NCBI GenBank assembly: GCA_963677925.2
Contig: CAXXYH010000003.1
Location: forward strand, 512,001-576,000
Direction: 5' to 3'
Origin: Spirochaetia bacterium
GTDB taxonomy: Bacteria; Spirochaetota; Spirochaetia; UBA9216
DNA length: 64,000 nt
This document shows, piece after piece, positions 1-10,068 of this stretch. Made by a program: the position numbers and the translations under genes. The first letter of the stretch is position 1, and each line of letters opens with the position of its first letter. The notes beneath the pieces are model-generated. The model ran no database searches. It had not been told where the DNA came from and saw nothing but the letters and a program-made list of their open reading frames with translations.

Positions 1-317
1 GCTTTTTTAGCCCATGAACCGGTAACAACATAATCACAGTTCCCGGCACCCGTAAGCAGATTCATAGGAACCATTGCAAACTGCAGTGTAGCTCCTCCGC
101 CGAGAAACATTACCTTATAGTTATCCGGAAGACCGAGCAGCTCTTTAACAAGACTTACAGCCTCGTTGTGTACTTCATCATAAGCGGCACTTCTGTGACT
201 GTCTTCTATAAGAGAAAGCCCATTGCCGTGATAATCGACGATATTCTCTTTAATCTCTTCAAGTACTTCAACAGGAAGGGTCGAAGGTCCCGCATTGAAA
301 TTTAATTTACGACTCAT
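1..317 (-). CDS. serC: Phosphoserine aminotransferase (5' part; runs off window edge)
   Basis: Hand translation from ATG at 317: MSRKLNFNAGPSTLPVEVLEEI...SHRS...FLGGGATLQFAMVPMNL...VTGSWAKK, classic SerC motifs; GGAGG SD at 323-327. Confidence 0.95.
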   Translation of the reverse strand, partial: MSRKLNFNAGPSTLPVEVLEEIKENIVDYHGNGLSLIEDSHRSAAYDEVHNEAVSLVKELLGLPDNYKVMFLGGGATLQFAMVPMNLLTGAGNCDYVVTGSWAKK

Positions 318-392
318 TATATCCTCCGGAATTTATATCTCTATTTTATCGCATTTTTATAACCGCTTAGCAATACTATTACACTGCGGAAT

Positions 393-423
393 AAAAAAAA
401 GAGGCAGCTAATGGGCTGCCTCT
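393..423 (-). terminator. Rho-independent terminator downstream of rpsU
   Basis: 9-bp stem AGAGGCAGC/GCTGCCTCT (400-408/415-423) followed on the minus strand by a U-tract (plus-strand A run 393-400). Confidence 0.85.
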
Positions 424-453
424 CTGAACAAAACCGCATATAGCGGCGGATTG

Positions 454-663
454 CTAATAGTTCTTCATGTTCTGCAGCTTTCTCTGCTTTTTCATCTGCT
501 TGCGCTGCATAGCTTTTGTCTTTCTATTCTTGATAGTTGAAGGCTTTTCAAAGTATTCGCGTTTTTTCCATTCGCGGATAATACCCTCTTTCTCAACCAT
601 TCTCTTAAAGCGTTTTATAGCCTTTTCGAGCGGCTCGCCTTCATCAATGTTAACATGAGCGAT
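454..663 (-). CDS. rpsU: 30S ribosomal protein bS21 (probable ATC start at 663; ORF track starts at GTG 672)
   Basis: [12 protein letters not shown]...REYFEKPS S21 signature; GTG 672 lies inside the SD sequence, and ATC sits 8 nt after GGGGG. Confidence 0.95.
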   Translation of the reverse strand: MAHVNIDEGEPLEKAIKRFKRMVEKEGIIREWKKREYFEKPSTIKNRKTKAMQRKQMKKQRKLQNMKNY

Positions 664-688
664 AGCAATCACCCCCTTTTGTGTATAA

Positions 689-1603
689 TTATTGTTTAAT
701 ATTACTTATTATAAAGTCTTTGTCAATAAGGCTTTCAGTAAGCCAGGTCTCAGGTTCAACAGCAACTCCTGCAACCCTAATCTCCCAGTGAAGGTGGGCT
801 CCGGTAACCAGTCCTGTAGCTCCTACTGTACCGATAAGCTCCCTTTCTTTGAGTATTTTACCAGCCTCCGTGTTTATTTCCTGCATATGATAATAAAGGG
901 AATAGACACCGGGAAGATGCTCTATTACCACAGTATTACCCGTAAGAATTCTCATATCAGAGAAAACAACCTTCCCCGGACCGGGTGAATAAATCGGAGT
1001 TCCAGGGACAGCGGAATAATCAATACCATTATGTAATGATGTTGCAGTTGTTCCGTCATCATAGAGATAGCGTCTTCGGTCACCGAAGAATGAAGTCTGA
1101 CGGAGTGCGGTTACCGGAAGTGATAAATCAGAACTCATATATACAGCATCCGGATCGACCGACGTCAGTATACCATAGAGGATCTTCCATTCTTCGGCTT
1201 TTCTGATATCTTCAGACTGACGAAGCGTAGACATTGATTTTGTCAGAGGAATGTCCTCACTTATGAAATCGCGTTTAATAACATTTAAAACAGCTTCAAT
1301 ATGAAGATTTTCTCCATCGCCTGCAGAGACAGTGTAAATACCCGGCGAGGCGTCCGAGGGAACACCAAGCATTGCTATCACTGCCGTATAACCTTCAAGC
1401 ACAACCTTAAAGCTTTCAGTCTTCGCAATTGTCCGTCCGCTTCTCTTAAGCAGAACTTCCGCACCGGAGTCTCCCGCTCCCTTTAAAACTGCTGTAATCA
1501 CCCCGCCCTGAGGAACATTATCACTAAGAATAAGTTCGGCAGCCGGCAGAAATGCCGCAGTAATTACAAACGCGAAAAATAACGCTGAAACTTTCTTTAT
1601 CAT
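689..1603 (-). CDS. M23 family metallopeptidase, exported
   Basis: Signal peptide; HNGIDY, YYHM and GAHLHWE zinc motifs. Confidence 0.9.
   Translation of the reverse strand: MIKKVSALFFAFVITAAFLPAAELILSDNVPQGGVITAVLKGAGDSGAEVLLKRSGRTIAKTESFKVVLEGYTAVIAMLGVPSDASPGIYTVSAGDGENLHIEAVLNVIKRDFISEDIPLTKSMSTLRQSEDIRKAEEWKILYGILTSVDPDAVYMSSDLSLPVTALRQTSFFGDRRRYLYDDGTTATSLHNGIDYSAVPGTPIYSPGPGKVVFSDMRILTGNTVVIEHLPGVYSLYYHMQEINTEAGKILKERELIGTVGATGLVTGAHLHWEIRVAGVAVEPETWLTESLIDKDFIISNIKQ
699..726 (-). promoter_or_regulatory. Putative sigma70 promoter for rpsU inside the end of the M23 gene
   Basis: TTGACA (726-721) N16 TAATAT (704-699). Confidence 0.5.
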
Positions 1604-3714
1604 CTTTTCATATCCAATATTGTCAGCTGAAGGGTTTCCTTATTCATAAAATAGTTCCGGCCCAGCCTGAAAACTATATCAATTCTCTCTCCGGTACTGA
1701 AATCCCGGTTGGCTTTTTCAGCTGCGTTCCAGTAGACCGCAGGCCATTTAAACTTATCTGCCTCAAACAGAAGCCTGAGGTGATTCTTTTCATTTTTTCC
1801 CATTATTTCCATATTCAGAATCTTTATATTTCTGGCCAGAAAAACAAGGGGCGGGCTGCTTTCGCCATAGGGTTCGAACATCTCAACAGTTTTTATCAGA
1901 TCAGGATTCAGATATTTAACAGGAAGTTCAGCATCGATATTAAGGCTTGCCTCAGTTGTGTCAGCCCCTTTAAGCCCGGGAGCAAGCTCCTCTATGCGGC
2001 TTGTAAAATCTGCAAAACGTGAAAGCTCCATACTGAAGCCGGCTGCATAATCATGGCCGCCGTAATCTATAAATATATCAGATGCACCTGCAATAAAATC
2101 CTTAACGTTAATATTCATTGCACTTCTTATGGAGCCAACCGCCTTATCTTCCATGATGGAGACGGCCATAGCCGGTACGCCGAAGAAATTTGCAAGCCGA
2201 GAAGCAATTATTCCCGTAATTCCGCGGTTGAGATCCTTATCGGCAACAAGGACCAGTCTGGCCTCAAGGTCCTGATAACTCCGCTTGGCAGAAGGAAGCA
2301 GTTTGTTCCATATATCTTCACCAAGTTTCTTGCGCTGACGGTTGAGTTCCACAACTTCAGATGTAAGGCGGTTAATATCTGCAGGTTCGCTGCTAAGCAG
2401 AAGCTCGGCAGCCCTGGAGGGAACACCCATTCTTCCGGTTGCATTGATTACCGGAGTAATCTGCCAGCCGATATCTGTAGTATTAAGTCTGCGCGCAAGC
2501 ATATTCTGTGCTGAAAGCAGGCTTCTAAGTCCCTCACGCTCTGTCTTTTCAACGACCTTCATTCCCCGCTTAATCAGAATACGGTTCTCGTTCTCTATGG
2601 GCATCAGATCGGCAATAGTTCCAAGTGCAACCAGGTCAAGATCATGCTCTGATTTAAGAACGAAACCCTGGTCCTTCTTCACGATAAAGGTGGTAAACAG
2701 GTTTATAAGAACATCAAGTTCCCCCGGCGGCTTCTCACTGTAGCGGGCAAGGCGGCTGCCGTCCCTCATTTTAAGCAGACTTCTTCCTCTTAGAGACGGG
2801 AATACCTTCCATATTTCGGGAGCCGAATCTATCAAGTGAATATCTGTATTCTGACCGAACACAGATTTAAGCATTCGCAGCTGGGGTTCTGCATCATAGA
2901 CAATTATCTGAAGCGAGAGAAAATCCATCAGTCTTGTGTTCTGCATATCGACAATGCCGGGAGCCAGAGTTTCCGTAATCCGGTCTTCAACAACGAGGTT
3001 TTTCATCCTGACCGCTTCAAGTATGACAGAATCATTCCCGGGACGTACATTCAGCAGGCAGAACTGCTGGTTATATATATCAAGCGATGAAAACCTAAGC
3101 GCCCAGATAACCTTGGATACGACGCCGCAGCCCGCAAGATGGGCAAAGGGATAGCAGCAGTCTTCCATTTTCGGATTTATAATACCGTATGCCGGTGGAA
3201 GGACTTCAGGGCTGTTATGGTGATCAATTACTATTGTATCAATACCCTTTTCATTCGCATATTCAATTTCATTATAGTTGGAAATTCCGCAGTCAACAGT
3301 GATAAGCAGACTTCCGTCAACTTCAGCAAAACTGTCGACTGCCTGCATGGTCAGTCCGTATGGTTCATCACCTGTCGGCAAAGCCCATTCTGCCTCAATG
3401 CCAATCTCTTTAAGGGCATTGTATATAAGCACCGTTGATGTAATTCCGTCGACATCGCGGTCGCCGAAGATCTTAACCCTTTCTTCCTCAGCAGCAGCCT
3501 GCTTAATTCGATCGATAATATCCTCCATTTCTTCGAAAAGAAATGGATTATGCAGATACTGCGAGTCATCTTCAAGATAGAACTTTATATCTTCATTTTC
3601 AATTATACCGCGACGTACAAATATTGATGAGGTAAGAAGATCCAGACCGAAGCGTTCGGATATCTGTCTCACTTTATCTGTGTCGATATCTTTTTTATTC
3701 CATATCATATTCAA
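1600..3714 (-). CDS. recJ: ssDNA-specific exonuclease RecJ with central insertion
   Basis: GDRDVDG, ITVDCG, DHH, GTIAD, INATGR, GGH motifs; C-terminal OB fold. Confidence 0.95.
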   Translation of the reverse strand: MNMIWNKKDIDTDKVRQISERFGLDLLTSSIFVRRGIIENEDIKFYLEDDSQYLHNPFLFEEMEDIIDRIKQAAAEEERVKIFGDRDVDGITSTVLIYNALKEIGIEAEWALPTGDEPYGLTMQAVDSFAEVDGSLLITVDCGISNYNEIEYANEKGIDTIVIDHHNSPEVLPPAYGIINPKMEDCCYPFAHLAGCGVVSKVIWALRFSSLDIYNQQFCLLNVRPGNDSVILEAVRMKNLVVEDRITETLAPGIVDMQNTRLMDFLSLQIIVYDAEPQLRMLKSVFGQNTDIHLIDSAPEIWKVFPSLRGRSLLKMRDGSRLARYSEKPPGELDVLINLFTTFIVKKDQGFVLKSEHDLDLVALGTIADLMPIENENRILIKRGMKVVEKTEREGLRSLLSAQNMLARRLNTTDIGWQITPVINATGRMGVPSRAAELLLSSEPADINRLTSEVVELNRQRKKLGEDIWNKLLPSAKRSYQDLEARLVLVADKDLNRGITGIIASRLANFFGVPAMAVSIMEDKAVGSIRSAMNINVKDFIAGASDIFIDYGGHDYAAGFSMELSRFADFTSRIEELAPGLKGADTTEASLNIDAELPVKYLNPDLIKTVEMFEPYGESSPPLVFLARNIKILNMEIMGKNEKNHLRLLFEADKFKWPAVYWNAAEKANRDFSTGERIDIVFRLGRNYFMNKETLQLTILDMKR

Positions 3715-4447
3715 TAAAACCCAAAGTCTTCAGGGGAACTTCAATAACACTTTTAAGAATTATTATAAGCAGATCCCTTGTTTTTTTCATCAGCTGTAAA
3801 TCTAACCTTTTTTCGAGAGCTTCTTCAAGCTTAAGCTGTGAATAACTTAGAAGATATTCAGCTGCCACGGCTTCAAGCGCCGGCATTCCCGCTGATCGGC
3901 ACCGGCTGCAGATAAAAATATTTTCAACCTGTGAATAGTAGATCGTCTCATGCACAGAGTCTCTACCGCATCGTCCGCATGAACCAAGATCCGATATAAA
4001 CCCGGCATCAAGCAGAAAGCCGTAAAGAAACAGGACAGTAAGCTCTACAGCCTTATCAGGATAACTGTCAAGAAGCCTCAATGCCGATGTAAGCAGACTG
4101 TAAACAGGCAGATAATCTGCTCCGGCTGCATGAGATTTCAAAACAACTTCCGACCATAACGAAGCATTGCACAGAGCTTCCATATTTCCCTTGATTCCGG
4201 AGTTAAGCGAGGCAGATTCACAGCTGTTTATTTTCCAGCTGTCCCGTGTCGGATTATAATATAAATCAAACCTTGAAACGGCAAATATATCGGTTATGCT
4301 GCTCATTCTGCTCTTACCCTTGTACGCCCCATGAGCAACAGCATCAATTATTCCCTGTTCAGGGCTGAGCATCGTAACTGATTTGTGGAAATCACCGAAC
4401 CGTCTTGTTTTAAGTACTACAGCTTCTGTCTGACAATTCCTGTCCAT
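3695..4447 (-). CDS. recO: DNA repair protein RecO
   Basis: N-terminal OB fold (TEAVVLKTRRFGDFHK...AHGA) and CxxC...CxxC zinc finger; adjacent to recJ. Confidence 0.9.
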   Translation of the reverse strand: MDRNCQTEAVVLKTRRFGDFHKSVTMLSPEQGIIDAVAHGAYKGKSRMSSITDIFAVSRFDLYYNPTRDSWKINSCESASLNSGIKGNMEALCNASLWSEVVLKSHAAGADYLPVYSLLTSALRLLDSYPDKAVELTVLFLYGFLLDAGFISDLGSCGRCGRDSVHETIYYSQVENIFICSRCRSAGMPALEAVAAEYLLSYSQLKLEEALEKRLDLQLMKKTRDLLIIILKSVIEVPLKTLGFIEYDME

Positions 4448-4543
4448 TGAAAAATATTATAACATAAAAGCTCATCAATATTTGCCTTTTAGATCATTTT
4501 TGCATATTTTTAAGATAAGTAAACTAAAAGAAGAGGTTCAGCT

Positions 4544-6883
4544 ATGCCAGATAAACAAATTGTGCCCGCGGATCAAATGCTACCTAGCAGGCTGTTTATT
4601 ATTCCGACACTCGGGAAACCGGTCTTTCCCGGGATTTTCACACCCATGATGATAGAGTCGGAAAGTGATATCACTGTTGTGGATCAGGCCCTTAGTCAAA
4701 ACAGTATGATTGGGCTTTTGATGATCAAGGATGAAGAAACAGAGAATCCCGCACCTTCAGACATGTACAACATCGGAACAGTCGGAAAGATTGTCAAGAA
4801 AATCAACCTTCCCGACGGCGGGATAAATATTTTCATATCGACACTTAAACGCTTCAAGATTAAGAAATACCTTTCAGATGAGCAGCCCTATGTTGCTGCG
4901 GTTGATTATCTTGATGATCAGAATGATGACTCCATAGAGGTAAAGGCGCTTACCCGCTCCATAATAAATGAGATGAAGCAGCTTTCAGAGAATAACCCTC
5001 TGTTCTCCGAAGAGATGCGTCTTTCTATGGTAAACATCGATCAGCCGGGTAAAATTGCAGATTTTTTCAGTTCAATCCTGAATATTGATCGTAAAGACCA
5101 GCAGAAGATTCTTGAAACACTAGATGTACAGAAAAGGCTTGAAAACGTCCTTGTATACATTAAGAAGGAACAGGAGCTGATGCGTATTCAGCGCAAGATT
5201 CAGAACCAGATTAATGAAAAGATTGAAAAGAATCAGCGTGAATACTTTCTGAAGGAAGAGCTTAAGGCTATCAAGAAAGAACTTGGGATGCCGGTTGATG
5301 CAAAGAGTGAGGAATACAACCGCTTCAAAGAAGCTGTTGAAGCCTTCAAATTTAAAGGCGAAATTAAGGAACAGGTAAACCAGGAGCTTGAGAAGTTCAA
5401 ACTTATGGATCCCAACTCTTCCGAGTTTGTCGTTACCAGAAACTATCTTGATACAATCGTTTCATTGCCCTGGAAGGATCCGGAGCCTGAGAACTTTGAT
5501 ATGAAAGAAGCCAGGACCATCCTTGATCGTGATCATTACGGACTTGAGGATGTTAAGGAGCGTATTCTTGAGTATCTAGCTGTTAGAAAACTCAAGAAGG
5601 ATTCCAAAGGCTCTATTATCTGTCTGGTAGGAGCTCCGGGTGTGGGGAAAACATCCATCGGTAAATCGATAGCAAGCGCCCTGAACAAGGAATTCTTCAG
5701 ATTCTCAGTCGGCGGTATGCGTGATGAAGCGGAAATCAAAGGCCACAGAAGAACATATGTAGGAGCAATGCCGGGTAAGATCATCCAGGGGCTCAAGATT
5801 GTGAAGGCCAAGGATCCCGTTTTCATGATAGATGAGATCGATAAAATGGGTGCTTCATACCAGGGAGACCCATCCTCAGCCCTGCTTGAAGTTCTTGATC
5901 CTGAACAGAATATCAGCTTCAGAGATCACTACCTTGATCTCCCCTTTGATATCTCAAACATACTGTTCATTGTTACAGCAAATACTCTTGATACAATTCC
6001 GAGACCCCTTCTGGACCGTATGGAAATAATCAGACTCTCAGGATACATCGAACAGGAAAAGATTAAGATAGCCCAGAAATACCTTATACCCAAATCACTT
6101 GCAAAGACGGGACTCAAGCGTAAAGAGGTTAAATACACTACAAAGACCCTTTCAGCAATAGCAGTAAATTATGCCCGTGAAGCCGGAATGCGAAACTATG
6201 AAAAAGCGCTGGATAAGATTCACCGTAAACTTGCACGTAAAATTGTGCTGGATGAGGTAAAAGCTCCTTTCAATATCACTCCTGAAAACCTTGAGGAATA
6301 CCTAGGAAAACCTGTTTTCCGTGAGGATGAGATAAAGGTGGTAACAAGCCCGGGTATGGCTGTAGGACTTGCCTGGACTAACTTCGGCGGAGATACACTA
6401 ATGATCGAAGCTGTGAATATTAAGGGCAAGGAAGGAATCAAGCTTACGGGCCAGATGGGCAAGGTAATGCAGGAATCAGCAGGAATAGCCTACACCTATG
6501 TCCGGCATATAGCTGAAAAGAATGGAGTTGATCCCAAGTTTTTCGCTGAGAATATGATTCACCTGCATATCCCTGAGGGTGCTACTCCCAAGGACGGACC
6601 TTCCGCCGGTATAACAATGGCATCAGCCCTGCTCTCTCTGGCAAAAGGCAAAATGATGAAAAAGAAACTGGCTATGACCGGTGAACTTTCACTTGCAGGA
6701 AAGGTACTGCCGATAGGCGGTCTTAAAGAAAAAACAATTGCCGCAAGACGTGCAGGTATAAAAAATATTATAATACCCAAAGCCAATGAACGCGATCTGG
6801 ATGAGATTCCTGATCATGTTAAAAAAGGCATTGCATTTCACCCTGTTGAAATGATGGATGAGGTAATTGAGAAGATTTTTTAA
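4544..6883 (+). CDS. lon: ATP-dependent protease La (LonA)
   Basis: GAPGVGKT Walker A, DEIDK, GHRRTYVGAMPG, PKDGPSAG catalytic Ser motif. Confidence 0.98.
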   Translation: MPDKQIVPADQMLPSRLFIIPTLGKPVFPGIFTPMMIESESDITVVDQALSQNSMIGLLMIKDEETENPAPSDMYNIGTVGKIVKKINLPDGGINIFISTLKRFKIKKYLSDEQPYVAAVDYLDDQNDDSIEVKALTRSIINEMKQLSENNPLFSEEMRLSMVNIDQPGKIADFFSSILNIDRKDQQKILETLDVQKRLENVLVYIKKEQELMRIQRKIQNQINEKIEKNQREYFLKEELKAIKKELGMPVDAKSEEYNRFKEAVEAFKFKGEIKEQVNQELEKFKLMDPNSSEFVVTRNYLDTIVSLPWKDPEPENFDMKEARTILDRDHYGLEDVKERILEYLAVRKLKKDSKGSIICLVGAPGVGKTSIGKSIASALNKEFFRFSVGGMRDEAEIKGHRRTYVGAMPGKIIQGLKIVKAKDPVFMIDEIDKMGASYQGDPSSALLEVLDPEQNISFRDHYLDLPFDISNILFIVTANTLDTIPRPLLDRMEIIRLSGYIEQEKIKIAQKYLIPKSLAKTGLKRKEVKYTTKTLSAIAVNYAREAGMRNYEKALDKIHRKLARKIVLDEVKAPFNITPENLEEYLGKPVFREDEIKVVTSPGMAVGLAWTNFGGDTLMIEAVNIKGKEGIKLTGQMGKVMQESAGIAYTYVRHIAEKNGVDPKFFAENMIHLHIPEGATPKDGPSAGITMASALLSLAKGKMMKKKLAMTGELSLAGKVLPIGGLKEKTIAARRAGIKNIIIPKANERDLDEIPDHVKKGIAFHPVEMMDEVIEKIF

Positions 6884-8036
6884 ACTGCCGTATATTTTAA
6901 TTGCTCTGGTGATAATATCAGCCGTCCCTGTTTCTGCAATGCAGTACAGGGACGCAGGTATTCAGGCTCCGGCAAAAAAAGAGCCGCTGGTATTAAGCTT
7001 TACCGGCGATATGATGGCCCATGTCATCAACTACAGTATGAAGGATTACTCGCTTATATACCGCGATATAGAATCAATCATGCAGAATGACAGTCTGACC
7101 TTCAGCAATGTTGAGTTTCCTGTCAATCCTGAAATTCCCCAGGCAAGCTACCCTGTTTTCAACATCCATCCAGAATATGTCATGGCCGCCATAGACGCCG
7201 GAGTGGATGTTGTTTCCATTGCAAACAATCATACCGCGGATCAGGGAGTTCCAGGCCTGCAGGCTACAGTAAGTACAATGTACTCTCTTATGAATTATTA
7301 TAAAAAGCAGCAGAACAGGGAACTGCATTTTTCAGGCGCCAAGGACAACCCGGAAACTGATTTCAAACCTGTAACAATATATAAAAACGGATGGAAGATT
7401 GGATATCTGGCTGTTGCGCAGTTCTCAAACCATAACCCCGGCAGGGGCTACATGCAGCTTGTCGATTTCCGTGACAGAGAAGAGACCTCAGCCTTTGTAG
7501 ATTTTATAAAGAAAGTCCGGACGGATTACGATCTCTTTGTTCTTGCATACCACGGGGGCGTTGAATACCTTGCCGAGCCTGTTAAGGCAAAAACCGAATT
7601 TTTTAATGATCTTGTGGCTGCCGGTGTTGATATAATCTGGGGTCACCATCCGCATATAATTCAGCCTGTAGATATCGTCACTACCGAAGGTAGAACCGGC
7701 GTTGTAATGAACTCTTTAGGCAACTTTATCTCTGGTCAGGGCAGGATAATAGATCCTGACCTTCCCGAAGAGGAATGGTCCTATACAGGCGATTCCGCAA
7801 TTATCCAGGTAGAAGCAGCCTTCCGAAACGGCAGAATAGTCTTTGACAGGGTCGAGGCAATTCCCACGGCAAACATGATGACGACCAACAGGGAAGTGGT
7901 TATTACACCGCTTGAACAGCTCACCCACCAGCCTGTTCCGCAGCCATGGAACGACTTTTTCATGCAGCGCTACATGCTGATGCACGATTATTTTAACCGT
8001 AATATCAGACAGATAGATTTAACCGGAAGCAGATAG
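6867..8036 (+). CDS. CapA/PGA_cap family metallophosphoesterase-like exported protein
   Basis: FTGDMM, ANNH, YHGG, GHHPH, NSLGNF motifs; signal peptide. Confidence 0.88.
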   Translation: MRRFFKLPYILIALVIISAVPVSAMQYRDAGIQAPAKKEPLVLSFTGDMMAHVINYSMKDYSLIYRDIESIMQNDSLTFSNVEFPVNPEIPQASYPVFNIHPEYVMAAIDAGVDVVSIANNHTADQGVPGLQATVSTMYSLMNYYKKQQNRELHFSGAKDNPETDFKPVTIYKNGWKIGYLAVAQFSNHNPGRGYMQLVDFRDREETSAFVDFIKKVRTDYDLFVLAYHGGVEYLAEPVKAKTEFFNDLVAAGVDIIWGHHPHIIQPVDIVTTEGRTGVVMNSLGNFISGQGRIIDPDLPEEEWSYTGDSAIIQVEAAFRNGRIVFDRVEAIPTANMMTTNREVVITPLEQLTHQPVPQPWNDFFMQRYMLMHDYFNRNIRQIDLTGSR

Positions 8037-8048
8037 CATAGTACAATG

Positions 8049-9215
8049 TTACTGCCTGTATTTATTAAAGCTGTATTCGATAATTCCGGTTGCTGCACCT
8101 ATCAGATTTTCTGATTCCCTCAAATCGGTTATATAGATATCAATATCAAAAAAGTTTCTGGCTATATACGAATTTTTAAGTTTCTTTCTTAACTCATTAA
8201 TAAACATCTGCGGCTTATATATTATAAAACCTGAAAGAACAATCTTTTTAAGCATTGTAAAATTTATTGCATTTACAACTGCTGTAGAGAAAATGCCTGC
8301 ATAATACTCAATAATATTTATAAAATATTTCTCACCTGCATAAGCCCTGTCTACAATCTCTTCCCAGTTCTTCAAATCAGGGAAATCTTTCCGGACTCTT
8401 TCAAGTATATTCATAAGTCCATAGAATCCGTATAAGCATCCCCTGTTTCCGCAGACACATTTTTCACCTTGAAAATCGATAGAGAGATGTCCGAACTCCG
8501 GAGTTAATCCAAGTTCACCTCCGAATAACTTTCTGTTTCTGATAATTCCGAAGCCCAATCCCACATAAGACATGATACAAATAAAATCGTCAAACTGACG
8601 GCCATATCCGAAATACAGTTCAGCCAGGCTTACTGCGTTTGCATCACGCTCCAGCCTGATTTCATAATCAAAATATTTTTTAAACTCGGTAATGATATTA
8701 AAACCCCGCCATAATTCAAAATCAGGTATTTCATCTATAATCCCGTGTAAGGTATCAACAGGGCCCGGTGTAGTAATACCCAGACCAAGTATTTCATTCA
8801 CGACTCTGATATTCAAAATACTTTTTTTGATATCACTGCAAATTATTTCAACAGCCTGCTGCGGCGATCTGCAGCTGAATATATCGACTTTTTTAGAGAT
8901 AAGCACATTTCCGCCGAAATCCACAAGCCCGATGCTGCAGCCGTCGCGGGCAATATCAACGCAGAGAATATTATACCGGTCGGAAACAATTTCAAGGGTT
9001 GTAGGATTCCGCCCTACGTTTTTGTTGTATAGCTCAAGTCCTGATTCTTTGATAAGTCCCTCATTAATAAGCTCATCAGTAATATTACTTATTGAAGCCT
9101 TTGTAAGTCCGGTCAAACGGGACAGTTCAGCACGTGAATAAGAATTCTTGAAAAGACTTCTTATTACAAGATGACGGTTGAATACCTTATTGTAGGGCGA
9201 ATTCCTTGTGTCCAA
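8049..9215 (-). CDS. ROK family transcriptional repressor (XylR/NagC-like)
   Basis: N-terminal HTH SRAELSRLTGLTKASIS, GRNP linker, EFGH...CVCGNRGCL zinc motif. Confidence 0.92.
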   Translation of the reverse strand: MDTRNSPYNKVFNRHLVIRSLFKNSYSRAELSRLTGLTKASISNITDELINEGLIKESGLELYNKNVGRNPTTLEIVSDRYNILCVDIARDGCSIGLVDFGGNVLISKKVDIFSCRSPQQAVEIICSDIKKSILNIRVVNEILGLGITTPGPVDTLHGIIDEIPDFELWRGFNIITEFKKYFDYEIRLERDANAVSLAELYFGYGRQFDDFICIMSYVGLGFGIIRNRKLFGGELGLTPEFGHLSIDFQGEKCVCGNRGCLYGFYGLMNILERVRKDFPDLKNWEEIVDRAYAGEKYFINIIEYYAGIFSTAVVNAINFTMLKKIVLSGFIIYKPQMFINELRKKLKNSYIARNFFDIDIYITDLRESENLIGAATGIIEYSFNKYRQ

Positions 9216-9241
9216 CTTTCTTCTCCAGTACGAAAATTCTT

Positions 9242-9991
9242 TTATTTATTTGACAGCCATCTAAAACATCTGCTCCAGAATTTTGCATAATTTTTCCAGT
9301 TAATAAATCCCTGGCCCCAGTGCGGAGCTAAATCGGAAGCAAATGCGAGGGTACGTCCGCTTCCATAGTTGTTTACAACCATCATCGGATCTCCATCCCA
9401 TTCTGCAATAATTTTATCTTTGCTTCTTGCTTCAAAACGATTATACCCCAAAAAAAGAAGCGGCGAGCTATCCCATTCCATATCTTTTATAAGCGGATGT
9501 TCCGGTTTTACAGGATTGAATTTTGAACCTTCAGGTATTTCCACTCTATCATCGAATGGACTTACATTAATATCAAGAAGCTCTTCAAAAACAGTATTGT
9601 GATACCGCCCCTGCCCCATCTGTCCTCCGAATCCCATCCAGCCTCCGACTACAGCAAGTCCGCCGCCGTTTTTCACGTAATTCTCTATCAGTTTTAAACG
9701 GTTCGGTCCCATAGGTATTTTAAATCTATCCGGATACATCAGTATTGTATCTGTTCCAAGATCACTTAAAAGTATTACATCATATTTTGAAATTTCCTCG
9801 ATGGTAGATGGAAAGTCCTTTGAGACATTCGGTGTAGGTAAATATGTAATATTTAATTCGGTGTCTGATTTTAGCGGCTCAAGTAAAAAAGCTCTTTCAT
9901 CAAAGAGCTCAGCAAAGGAAAAAGAATTCATCCCCTTATAGAAGGTGGTACTGATTAGGGCGTAATCGCCTGCGTAAAGTACATTAATCAT
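9242..9991 (-). CDS. Glutamine amidotransferase-like (GATase1-like/DUF1355-type) protein
   Basis: YDVILLSD, YVKNGGGLAVVGGW, GSGRTLAFASDLAPHW pattern. Confidence 0.8.
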   Translation of the reverse strand: MINVLYAGDYALISTTFYKGMNSFSFAELFDERAFLLEPLKSDTELNITYLPTPNVSKDFPSTIEEISKYDVILLSDLGTDTILMYPDRFKIPMGPNRLKLIENYVKNGGGLAVVGGWMGFGGQMGQGRYHNTVFEELLDINVSPFDDRVEIPEGSKFNPVKPEHPLIKDMEWDSSPLLFLGYNRFEARSKDKIIAEWDGDPMMVVNNYGSGRTLAFASDLAPHWGQGFINWKNYAKFWSRCFRWLSNK

Positions 9992-10010
9992 AAAAACTCC
10001 TGTTTTAAAG

Positions 10011-10041
10011 ATTTATTAGTTAAATGTTTTAACTAATAAAT
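10011..10041. promoter_or_regulatory. ROK-type operator (14-3-14 perfect palindrome)
   Basis: ATTTATTAGTTAAA-TGT-TTTAACTAATAAAT directly upstream of the cassette containing the ROK gene. Confidence 0.8.
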
Positions 10042-10068
10042 GCTAACACGAGCTAATATTATTGTCAA
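10040..10068 (-). promoter_or_regulatory. sigma70 promoter of the GATase1-like/ROK cassette
   Basis: TTGACA (10068-10063) N17 TAGCAT (10045-10040) with TGn extension; abuts the operator. Confidence 0.7.
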
